Source: the human T2T-CHM13v2.0 reference genome, Homo sapiens. Taken from it: a stretch of 64,000 nt of DNA. The position numbers and the translations under genes are program-made. The DNA lies in assembly GCF_009914755.1 (NCBI RefSeq), contig NC_060933.1, one strand, 5' to 3'. Of this stretch, positions 40,510 to 54,554 are shown one piece after another (positions within the stretch are counted from its first letter, which is position 1; each line of letters begins with the position of its first letter). The notes under the pieces are model-generated. The model saw only the letters and a program-made list of their open reading frames with translations, was not told where the DNA came from and did not search any database.

Positions 40510-43500
40510 TAATTATTATTATTTTTTAATTTTTTATTTCCATGGGTAGATACTAGGGTATATATTTATGGTTTCATGAGATATTTTCATACAGGCATGC
40601 AATGAATAATAATCACATCAGGGTAAATAGGGTATCCATCACCTCAAGTATTTATCCTATGTATTAGATACAATTCATTAAAAATATTTTAAAATGTACA
40701 ATTAAATTGTTTTTTACTATAGTCATCCTGTTGTGCTAGGTAATACTAACTACATCTTATTCTTTCTTTCTAACTATATTTTGCACCCATTAAACTTCCC
40801 CACTTCTACCCACAGCCTTCCCCCATGCCCCCATTACCCTTGCCAGCTTCTGGTAACCATCCTTCTACTCTCTATCTCTGTGAAATCAATTGTTTTAATA
40901 TTTAGATTCCACAAATAAGTGAGAACATGTGAAGCTGGTCTTTCTATGCTTGGCTTATTTCACTTAGGATAATGGCCTCCACTTCCATCCATGTTGTTGC
41001 ACCTTTTCATATACCTGTTTGCCATATGTATGTCTCCTTTTGAGAAATGTCTCTGAAGGTCTCTTGTCCATTTTAAAGCCAGAGTATAGATGTACATTCT
41101 TGGCATCTTTGTAAAAAATGAGTTCACCCTAGATGTATGGATTTATTTCTGGGAACTCTATTCTGTTCCATTTTTCTGTGTATCTGCTTTTATGCCAGTA
41201 CAAGGTTGTTTTGATTATTATAGCTCTGTAGTATAATTTGAAGTCAGGTAATATGAATCCTTCAGTTTTGTTCTTATTGCTTAGGACAACTTTAGCTATT
41301 CTGAGTGTTTTCTAATTGCATAAAAATCTTAGGATTTTTTTGTATGTCTGCAAAGAATGTATTTGTTATGTTGATAGGAATTATAATGAAACTGTAGATG
41401 GCTTTTGGTAGTATAGACATTAAAAATATCATTTTTTTGCTTTCTAATTTCTTGCATCAATGTTTTATAGTTTTCATTGTACAGATCTTTCACTTATTTG
41501 ATTCACTTAATTTCTAAGTATTTTATTATTTTGTAGCTATTATAAATGGAATTACTTGCTTGATTTCTTTTTCCAATTGTTCACTGTCAGAATATAGAAA
41601 TGCTACTCCTGTTGTAAGTTTAATTTTGTATACTCTGACTTCACTGAATTTATCAGTTCTAACAGTTTTTTTTTATGTGGAGTCTTCAGGTTTCTCAAAA
41701 TATAAGACAATATATTCTGCAAAAAAATCATAATTTTACTTCTTCCTTTCCAATTTGGGTATCCTTTATTTCTTTCTCTCGTCTGACTGCTCTACCTAGG
41801 ATTTCCAACAATATTTTGAATAACAGTGTTAAAAGTGGGCATCCTTGTCTTGTTCCAGATCTTAGAGAAAAGATTTGTAGTTTTTCCCCATTCAGTATGA
41901 TGCTAGCTGTGAGTTGGTCATATATGGTTTTTATTTTGTTGAGGTATGTTCCTTCCATATCAAGTTGTTTGAGGGTTTGTATCATGAAGGGATGTTGAAT
42001 TTTATCAAATATTTTTTCAGCATCAATTGAAATGATCATATGGTTTTTGTCCTTTATTCTACTAATATGATGTGTCACACTGATTGATTGATTTGCATAT
42101 GTTGAACCATCTTGCATTCCTGGAATAAACCACAATTGGTCATGATAAATGATCTTTTCAATGTGTTGTTGAAATCAATTTTTAATATTTTTTGAAGATT
42201 TTTGCATCAATATTCATCAGTAATATTGGCCTATAGATTTTTTTTGATAGGTCTTTGTCTGGTTTTGGTATCAGCCCTTTAATATGTCATGGCACTCTCT
42301 CCTGGCCTATAAGATTTCCACTGAAATGTCTGCTGCCAAATGTATTAGAGCTCTATTGTGTATTATTTCTTTCTTTTCTCTTGCTGCTTTTTGGATTCTT
42401 TCTTTATCCTTGATCTTAGGGAGTTTAAGTGCCTTGAGATAGTATTATTTGGGTTAAATCTTCTGGGTGGTCTATAAACTTTCTGTATTTGCTATTGACA
42501 TCTTTCTCTAGGTTTGAGAAGTAATCTACTATCTTTTTGAATAAATTTTCTACCCTATCTTTCTCTCTGCCTCTTCTTGAAGGCCAGTAACTTGTATAAT
42601 TGCTTTTTGCAGGCTATTTTCTAGATCATGTAGGTGTACTTTATTCTTTTTTATTATTATTTTTTGTTGCTGTTGGCTGCATATTTTCAAGTACCCTGTC
42701 CTCAAGCTCACAAATTCTTGCTTCTGCTTGATTAATTTTGCTATTGATTCTGATGCATTCTTTAACATGTCAATTGCATTTTTCAACTCTAGAATTTCTG
42801 CTTGATTCTTTTTAATTATTTCAATTTTTTGTTAAATTTATGCAATAGAATTCTGAATTTCTTTTCTGTATTATCTTGAATTTCTTTGAGTTTTCTAAAC
42901 AAAATTGTTTTGAATTCTCTGTCTGAAAGGTCTCATGTCTTTGCTTCTCCAAGACTGGTCCCTAGTGCCTTTTTTAGTTCATTTAGTTAGAACATGTTTT
43001 CCTGGATGGTCTTGATGTTTTCTGATGTTTGTCAGTGTCTGGAGTCTGAAGACTTAGGTGTTTATTGTAGTCTACACATTCTGGGCTTGTTTGTACCTAT
43101 CCTTCTTGGGAAGGCTTTCCAGGTATTTGAAAGGACTTGAGTGTTGTGACCTAAGCTCTACCTGCATTAGGGGGCACTTGAGCCTAAGTAATGCTGTGGT
43201 TCTTGCAGACTTGTAGAGGTACCACCTTGGATAAGATCTCAGATAATCCTATGGATTACTAAGCAGAGACTCTTGTTCTTTTCCCTTACTTTCTCTCAAA
43301 CAAATGGAGTCTCTCTCTGTGTGCTGAGCTGCCTGTGACTGTGGGTGGTGTGACACAAGCACCTCTGTAGCCACCACCGCTGGGACTGTGATGGGTCAGA
43401 CCTGAAGCCAGCACAATACTGGGTCTTGCCCAAGGTCCAGGGTTACCACTACCTTGCTATTGCCTATGTTCACTCAAGGCCCTCGGGCTCTACTATAGGC

Positions 43501-45085
43501 AGATGGTGAAACAAGCCAGGCTTGTGTCCTTCCCTTCAGGATAGTAAGTTCCCCCAGGCCCTGGGTAGATTCAGAGATGCCATCAGGAGTTAGGGACTGG
43601 AGTAAAAAAATTAGTACATCTACTTTCTATTTTTCTATTATACTATTAATATAATAGTTATTAATATAATAACAATATAGTTTTCTATTATACTATTAAC
43701 ATGTTTGAACTTGTCCTCAGACTTCAAGAAGCAATTATTTCCTCTCTTCCCACTCCTTTCCGTGGAAGAGGAGCCTCACTCTGGCTACCACCATGACCAG
43801 AGGCCCACAGGAGTACTGCCAGGCTACCACCAATATTTACTTCAGGCCTAAGGCCTCTTTGGTTAGCTTGTGGTGAATTTTGTCAGGCCTGGGACTCACT
43901 CTTCAGGGCAGTGTGCTCTCCTCTTGCCCAGGGCAGGTCCATTAATGCCATCCAGAAGTCCAGGCCTGGAATCAGGCCCCCAAGAGCCCCCATGGTGCTC
44001 TATGCTACTGTGGTCAAGCTAGTATCTAAGATGCAATATAAAGTTCCCTTTAATTTTCCCTTTGCATTTCTCAAGCCACAGCCACCATAGCAGAGAATAT
44101 GCTGCATCTCATTTGAAGCTAGCACTTCTTAGAGTCTTACCCAAGGTCCCTGGCATACTACCTGGTTATCACTGCTGGCTATTCAGGGCCCAGGGGCTCT
44201 TTAGTCAGCAGGTGATGGGTTCTACCAGGACTGAGTCTTTCCGTTCAAAGCAACAGCTTCTCTTCTGGCCTAGGTTGTGTCTAGAAATGTTTCTCAGGAG
44301 CTAGGTCCTGGAATGGGGCCTCATGACTCTGACTAGTGCCATATTCTAATGTGGCTGAACTGGTATCCAAGATGCAAGACAAATGCCCTCTTTAATCTTT
44401 CCTCTCCTCTCTTCAAGTGGAAGAAAGGGATCTCTTTGGGAGCTGTAAGATGTGCTTCCTGGGGATAGGAGAATGGTGGCACAGCACTCCCCTAGCTGAC
44501 TTGCCTTGTGTCTCGGTAGGTCATGTATCCCCCAAGACTGCTGGCTTTGAGCCTAGCCTAGCACTAGGACTTGCAGTCCTTATGGTTTAGACTGCACTTC
44601 AAGTTTATTTAGGGCCCCATAGCACTTTCGCCCATGGTGGTGAGGTTTGCCAGAACTCAAGTTCTAACCACTGGGATGGGTGATTCCCCTCTGGCTAGGG
44701 CTGGTCTAAATGCTCCCTCTGTGGGAGAGTATCAGCTGAGTTTAATCCAATTTTGCTTTCCACTGTGACCAGGCAGCACTGAGTTCATTGCAACATATCA
44801 CAATTGCTGTGCTCTTCCTCCCCCAAGCTCCCCCATTTCTCTGTGCCATGTGGTTGCCATTGGGAAATGGGAGCAAGGTGGAATCAGTAATTCAAAACTA
44901 TCCTCGTTATCTGTTTCAGTGCCTCTTTCAGTGATACAAAATTAAAACCAGGTACTTTGAAGGCTCATCTGATTTTTGGTTATTATGAATTTGATTTTTG
45001 TTTGTAGATAGTTGTTAAATTTGGTGTTTCTTCAGAAAGGGAGACTATTGGTGGGAACCTCTATTCCACCATCTTGTTCCACTCC
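40510..45085 (-). mobile_element. L1MA2/3-like element with both ends and large internal deletions
   Basis: 3' end 'caggcatgcaatgaataataatcacatcagggtaaatagggtatccatcacctcaag'. ORF 41728..42135 is L1 RT ([25 protein letters not shown]). ORF 42550..42786 is ORF1-like. ~2-kb GC-richer 5'UTR with start 'ggaacaagatggtggaatag' on the minus strand. Confidence 0.9.
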
Positions 45086-47930
45086 TTCTCATTTCAATTT
45101 CTATCAATGTATATTACACTAAAAATAATGTATTATATATTTTGGGCTTTCCATCTTATTTGTGCCTGTGATCTTATTTCATCTTTACCTCTTTACCTGT
45201 AGTTTTCATATATTCATTTGTCAACCTAACTACTAGGCACCTCCCTTGTCATGTTCCACTATGAACTTCCTTCCAGTGTTATTTTTTCCCTGCAATCTTT
45301 ACTAATAATTTCACTGCTTCTTTTTGATCCAAATGGAAATTACGTTATTTCCTTTGGTCTCTTCTGAACTCTATTTTTAAAAAGTGATTTATCTTAATTT
45401 TTCAAGCTTTTAATGTTAACTGGCATCCACTAGAAACACAATTTTAGTTAAAATTTTCATTCTCCCATTTAGTTTCTTTCTTTACACATTGAAAGGTTCT
45501 ATTTAATTTATCTCATTGAAAAAGTACTAACATATAATTCAGTTGATCTGCCTTGACTATAACTACCGTGCATATTCGGTGCATTCTGACATTGATCAAT
45601 AACTAATCATATAAATATTTTGGGGCTTGTTACTAAGAAAGACAAAAGTGAACAATCCCTACCTAATCTTCATTATCTTAGGCAATGGGCTCATATATGT
45701 ATACAAGTAATCATAACATAAGGCATACAGTTATTGGCAGCATATGAAAAATAAAAACATAACCTTAGATTTTCACATAGAAGTGCAGAATAATTTATAA
45801 TGAGGTAATCTGTAAAGAAACTAATTAGATATTCAAAAAATTAATAACTGCAGGGATGAAGAAGGGTGAGGAGAAAGATAAAGAGGAGAAAGAGTAAATG
45901 AATAAAGGAGAGCAGTAGAAAGATGAGTTAGGAAAGGAGGAAGAGATAAGAGCTCAAAATACAAAAGAAGGCAATCCAGGAAGTGGTAAACCAAATCACC
46001 AAATTTATATTCATGAGAAAAGATGGCACTTTCAGAAAATGAGTAGTAGCTGTAAATAGCATACAGGGGTATGACATACAAACAATTATAGAGACAAACT
46101 GGGAAACATCTTGAATGTTCTCCTACAGCATTTGATGGATGTCAAGAATGGATTGTCTTAGGTTTGCAAAAATCAAGTAAGTCATTGTTAAAAACACAAT
46201 TTATAAAGAAAGTTCCAAATATAATATACCATTCTTTTGGCCTACTTTCTATATCTTTATTTAATCATTGGATGGTAATTTCATTTTTGAAATACATTCA
46301 AGCATTGGGATCTATGAGAACATCATTATTATAGGCAATATATTACAAATAAATAGGAAATAATATAATTCATATATATTTTCCTCATTTCTTATAAAAC
46401 TAAATATTTAAAAATTAAAAAATGATTCTTGAATTTGATGTTTAAAATATTATTGTTTTTATTAGTAGATGAACAGAGACAAATGAAATGCATTCATTTA
46501 GATAACACTCATTATTCACCTGCTTAGTGCTGTTGCCATCATATTAGGTATGGTAGTTTATACAATTACTCTTATATAATTGGTTTAAATACCTTGTGTA
46601 ATAGGGTAGCATTTTAGTTCCTTGATGGAATAAATGAAGAAATCTCAAATCTGAAGTATTTACTTAAAAATGTGTTATTATCACAATCTAAATTTTCCTT
46701 TGGTTTTCTTTGTTTTTCTTTACCACAGTTGAGTTATAATTTAAAGAAAAAATATCCTAATGTATTGTTCAGAATCCCCAAAATGACTTTTACTTTTGCC
46801 TGGTTAGGTTTATAGTTCTTATTATTCAAGAAGAGCAAGTAATAAAAAAATCATTATTCAAAGTAAAAAACTGGTTTATTTCAACCTTCTCAATTAAAGC
46901 CAAAAATTTCAATCAAATAAGCTTTCAGGCAAAGAAGGATAATAAATGCAATAGTAAAGCAGTATATATTTGTGCATTAAAATTAGGGGACCATATGCAA
47001 TTTTTGTGCTTCATTGCTCAACACATGCTGATAGAGAGAAAAAGGGCTGGTGAAAGGCATTAGCCAGGTAATAAGCTCTGGAAAAACTGGCCTTGTGACA
47101 GGCTACTAGATCAATCAACTCAGCACAATAAAAGCATTGTGTTTTAAAATAAAGCCAAGGGAATAAACATGGGCAAATTAAAATATAATTTATGATTTGA
47201 GCCCCAAATTTTTATCAAATAATCTCATAGGTAGTAGAGTCTCCACATATGCAGAGCTGAACTCATTATCTGATTTCCAAAAAAACAAAAAATTAATCAT
47301 TTCTATTTTGTTCCACCCTCCCAGAAGAGCTGCTGTACAGGAAAAGTTTTTACCTGGAAATTTTGGAATCACAGTCAAATTTTCACTCTGGCTCATTTCT
47401 ACATTTACTTATCAATTGCTATTATTATGTTATATTAAATTACTTCACATTATGTTTGTTCTATTCTCTTCTATTTCACATACATGATTTAATCTGTCAT
47501 TGTTTCTTTTTCATTTTCATGCCTCTGTTTTTCATCTGCCTTAAAATTTAACTAATAATTATAACATAGCCAAAAACATCTCCACTGAAGTGTGACTGAA
47601 GATTCTTCTTCCTCTTTTTCTATCAATTCCAACAGTTACTTGTGTGATTTTCTTAAATAGAACATCCTGAAATTGCCTTGAAAGTGTTCTGAAAGTTATT
47701 ACTTATACATTGTTGTCTCATCGACATTTAGGCATAGAGATGTTACCTTATCTTGACTATAAAACTTGAAACAAAATATCTAAATCCTCCATTAATCTTA
47801 CAACTTTTTTCAACTATTACATTATTTTCTTCATCTATCTTAAGTAGCTCCAATCCTTTATATTCCAACTTCTCAACAAAGAGACATAAGTCCATGTTCT
47901 CAACTTCTACTCATTTTTAAACTTACTCCA

Positions 47931-48048
47931 GGGACCCACTTGACGAGGCAGTCTGTCCATTCGCAGATCTCAAACTCTGTGCTGGGAGAACCACTACTCT
48001 CTTCAAAGCTGTCAGACAGGGACGTATAAGTCTGCAGAAGTTTCTGCA
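47931..48048 (-). mobile_element. Inverted L1PA 5'UTR segment forming the 5' end of the insertion
   Basis: Reverse complement reads 'gcagaaacttctgcagactt...cctgtctgacagctttgaagagagtagtggttctcccagcac...cagactgcctcgtcaagtgggtccc', the central L1PA 5'UTR. Confidence 0.92.
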
Positions 48049-50265
<2,217 letters not shown>

Positions 50266-50894
50266 TAAACTCACTCCAATCTAGATCTCATTTGCACATC
50301 CTCCTCTGTTCTGACCTAAGTGATTGAGCCTATCACCTCTGCTTATATTTCACTGGTGAAAATAAGATCAAGTCTCTATCTAACTTCAAGGGGATGAAAA
50401 GGAACAAACCACCAGTGAACAGTGAAGGACCAGAAAAACTAGTGAATAGACTAATGATGATAACATCATCCTGTCAATAATGTTCCCTGCCTCAATGAAC
50501 TATCAAGCCAAAGTCTGATGTGTTTTTAAGGACATTTAAATGTCTCTCCATTTATCAACCTTCTCTCACTTGCAGATTGAGGGTCAAAAATAAGTTAGTA
50601 ATTTGCTAGACTATTGAATGTCTCAGTATGACTTGTCCCTTTCCTCTCCCACTGAATACCTGAAACACCCAGTATTATCAAATAAGTATGCCGTGAAATA
50701 TATAGTACCAATTTTTTTAGTACCAATTTTGATGCAGAATTTTATGACTATATAAGGAAAGACTGCCATGATTTCCCCTGTCACAGATGAGCCTAGAGGT
50801 AACCCATCAGAAAAGAAGATTCTGTCTGGCTTTAGTATAAACACATGACTTCATTCTCTCTGACTCAATATATCCAAAACTAGATATTTGTGTA

Positions 50895-50961
50895 TGTGTG
50901 TAAACTTTTTCTTTTGGAATTTATATTAAAAGTCTATTCCAAAAGAAAAAGTTTACACACA
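50895..50961. repeat. Perfect 26-bp inverted repeat with 15-nt spacer
   Basis: tgtgtgtaaactttttcttttggaat (50895-50920) / attccaaaagaaaaagtttacacaca (50936-50961). Confidence 0.95.
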
Positions 50962-51939
50962 CACACAGACACACAAACATATCCATTGCAGTGTGGTACG
51001 GTGTAGAAAAAATCTGAAATCAAACTAAGTGTCCGAAATCAGAGGTTTAACTACATAAATATTTACACATCAACTTAGAGGAATATTTTTAGCCATATAT
51101 AATAAATGGGCATTATGAAGATTCATGTGAACATAGATAATTATTTGTGATATGTCCAGTAAAAGAGCTGTATGCAGTAATCCACCACACCAATTAAAAT
51201 AGGTGTCTGGAAATTAACACTAATATGCTGGGCATTTAATGTCTTATAGTTTTGTATAGTTTAGGGAATTAAATCACCATTGCAATTGTTACATTGAAGA
51301 GTTATACAATAGAAAATAAATACTGTATATTAGGAATATGGCTATGAATAAGGAAGCTAAAGTTCTGCCAGTGGGAACTTCTTTCATGAGATTACGCATT
51401 TGTTTATGATAAAACTCAAAGAGGAAATAAATCAGAAAGGAATGGTTTATAAAGAAGCTACCTACACACTGAAGGTAAAAACATGAGATTTTACAGTCAG
51501 AAATGGTTGGAGGTAAGAATATTATTTTCTGTTAGAGTATTCAGATATGAAGCTAAAAAAGACTAACTGAGTCAGAAGCAATGACAATGTCTCATTTCCT
51601 TCTTAGGCCTGATTACTGCTTTTATGCGTTTGGTAGCCGACAGCTAATTAGTAATGAATGGAGTGAGAACATGAGCCCTTAGGGAGAAAAACCCATTCTT
51701 TGGAAATATATAGTGATATTAATCCTACAGAAAGTGTCTGTATGTCAATTATTTAGGAAAATGACTTAATGTAAAGAATTGCTAAGTAGATATGACAGTG
51801 TTAAATAGGTAACTGGAAATGCACAAAGAGAATTCTGAGATAATGTGGAGGTAATATTTGCAGGAAACACCTGATAGTTCTAAGGCTGAGGGAATGCAAT
51901 AAATGGCTTGGATTATAATACTTTAGGAGCTTTAAGAAA

Positions 51940-52338
51940 GAGCCCTGCCAACTGAAATTCAGATCTCTGAGGAGGTTGGTCCTGACCGGCTGAGCCTAGA
52001 AGTCTGAAGAGAAGAGTCTCAGCCCAAGGTGCTGATGTCTCTGAAGAGGAAAAAATGATGTTCTAACATTTAGAAAACCTGCAAACTAGATTCGACTGCT
52101 GCTATTGGAAGTTACTGCTGTTTCTATGGTGAAGAAGCAAGGTTGATAAAAGAATAAGAGACAAACAGAAAGCAAGGCCTTTCTCCCACCTCAACCTTTT
52201 CAGTCTCTCTCAAGGGTCCATTACCAGCAGAACCTAAAAAGGAACAAGATGGCAAAACAAAAATGTGGAGTGCAGCACACCATTCCCAGGATAGTAAAGC
52301 AAATTACTGATAGACAGAAACTTATTAACTAGCGCCAC
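51940..52338 (-). mobile_element. Old LTR fragment (LTR78/79-like)
   Basis: 'gaaattcagatctctgaggagg' and 'cagtctctctcaagggtccattaccagcagaaccta...gatggcaaa'. Confidence 0.45.
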
Positions 52339-53554
52339 AGGAGTCACCAGAGGTCACTGGCCTGAGTATATATGTATTGGGTCTTTTACTTAAGGTTTCA
52401 TTTGTACATACGGGTGCCATGAACATTACTAAACATTGATTACATGTGAAGCAAATTGCCAGACACTTTATATATAAGTATATATATTATATATGATCCA
52501 CAGATTCCACATGATTGTTATTTATTAGCGGGTTTGAATGTAGGTTCCAAGTTAGTATCTGGGTTTATATCAGTTAGCCTGACATTATTACTAATAGCAG
52601 CACCTTTTACTCTCAGAACTGTTTCAATTTGCATTATAAATTATAACTGAACATATAACTTAAACATATACAAACAATTCAATCCACATTAATTTGTGTT
52701 TGACTAACAACATATATAAGAAACCTTAGTGATGAAATGGAGGAAACACAGAATTATATAGCTGTGGAGAGTACAGAGAAATTTGAAAGGAAATATTTTG
52801 GAAGAATGAAATGTTTGAGTTAGGTATTCGATCAGTGAAAGTTCACCATTGTGTTGAGGCAAATAAAGTCACTCCAGATAGCATAGACAACTTGGGACCC
52901 ATGGGAAAAGCATAAAGTTTTAACCAATACATGAAATAATTTTGCAAGTTTATACATAGACATAAGCAACAAATAAAAAGTATCTCTTGCTGCCTCTGAA
53001 TCTATCCTAACACTTCAGTTAAGACTCTATAATATTGATGGTGCTAGGAGCATTGCAGATATTATCTCATTTAAAATTAAGGGAAATACAATCTGGTAAT
53101 TACTTTATTATTATTATTATTTCCTTGTTATGAATGAAAAAATAAAAATATGATATACAAAATATTGTCTTTCTTTTACTTCAGAATCTGAACATGTGAC
53201 CTTAATATAAGTAAAATAGAATCAGAGATACATACTCAACGTTTATTTTCTTACAATCTTTGTTTCCAAGATTACTTCCACCTTTTATCCACCCGGTGTC
53301 ACAAGCCTTGTCTAATATCCATCTCACCATCAACATCTTATATTTGGTTTCTATGTCGAATTGCTTATACTTACCAAACACCTTCAAAAATAGTAACACT
53401 AACAGGTTACAGAAGACATATAAACTCACAGCTGCCTTTTAAACGCATGTTTTAGAGAAAAAGCCAATCTCAGTCAATGTAATGGTAAGAAATGCTAAGA
53501 AATGTATTTCTTTGATTACTTTATCTACGTAGTTAAGCTATATCATTTTAAAAA

Positions 53555-54160
53555 CTATTTTTCATGTGGAGATAACTATAGATTTACATGCAGTTGAAAG
53601 AAATAATATAGAGATCAATAATATAGAGGGATCAAGTTATCATTTTTTCCCATCTCGGAAAACCATAGTGTAATAACAAAACCAGGATATTAATACTGAT
53701 ACAATCAAGATACAGAACATTTCCATCACTACAAGGATTTACCTTATCACCCTTTTATAGCAGCATCCAGGGCCCTCTTGCTCTCACTATCTCCTTAACC
53801 TCTGGAAATCACTACTTTGTTCTCTATTTCTATAATTTTGTAATTTAAAGAATATTATATAAATTGAAGCATACAGAATGTAATCTTTTGAGCTTGGCTT
53901 TTTTTAACTCACCATAATTTTTTGGAGAGTCATCAGTTGTTATATCAATAATTTGTTCTTTTTTATTGCTAAATACTACTTCACTGTATAGATCCACTAT
54001 GATTTGTTTAACCTTTACCTATGGAAGGACATAGGGATGTTTCCAATTTTTGTCTGTTGTGAATAAAGCTGCTATAAATATCTGTGTACATGTTTTTCTG
54101 TGAATATATATCTTCATTACTCTGGGAAAAATTCCCAGAAATATAAATGTTGGGTTGAAG
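53555..54160 (-). mobile_element. L1MC1/2-like 3' end
   Basis: 'gatttacatgcagttgaaagaaataata', 'accaggatattaatactgatacaatcaagatacagaacatttccatcac', 'gaataaagctgctataaa'. Confidence 0.8.
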
Positions 54161-54191
54161 ATGCAGTGCTTTTAATAAAATATTTAATTAT

Positions 54192-54194
<3 letters not shown>

Positions 54195-54261
<67 letters not shown>
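54195..54261. repeat. (CA)n(CT)n(TA)n compound microsatellite
   Basis: Read directly from the sequence. Confidence 0.95.
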
Positions 54262-54298
54262 TTTAATGTTTTGAAATTAGTTAAAACTTTTTTAAAAA

Positions 54299-54382
54299 TT
54301 TTTTTATTATTATACTTTAAGTTTTAGGGTACATGTGCACAATGTGCAGGTTTGTTACATATGTATACATGTGCCATGTTGG
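54299..54382 (-). mobile_element. Extremely truncated young L1PA 3' terminus (~85 bp)
   Basis: 'ttattattatactttaagttttagggtacatgtgcacaatgtgcaggtttgttacatatgtatacatgtgccatgttgg'. Confidence 0.92.
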
Positions 54383-54517
54383 CACACACACACTATATAT
54401 ATATGTATATACATATGTATATACATTAATATATAATATATATGTATTTTCTCTCTTTTACACTTTAATAACTGGCATAATCATATACTTTCTGTTGGTT
54501 GGGTATGCAAATTGTCA

Positions 54518-54554
54518 GTGTGTGTGTGTGTGTGTGTGTGTCTGTGTGTGTGTG
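54518..54554. repeat. (TG)n microsatellite
   Basis: Read directly from the sequence. Confidence 0.9.
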
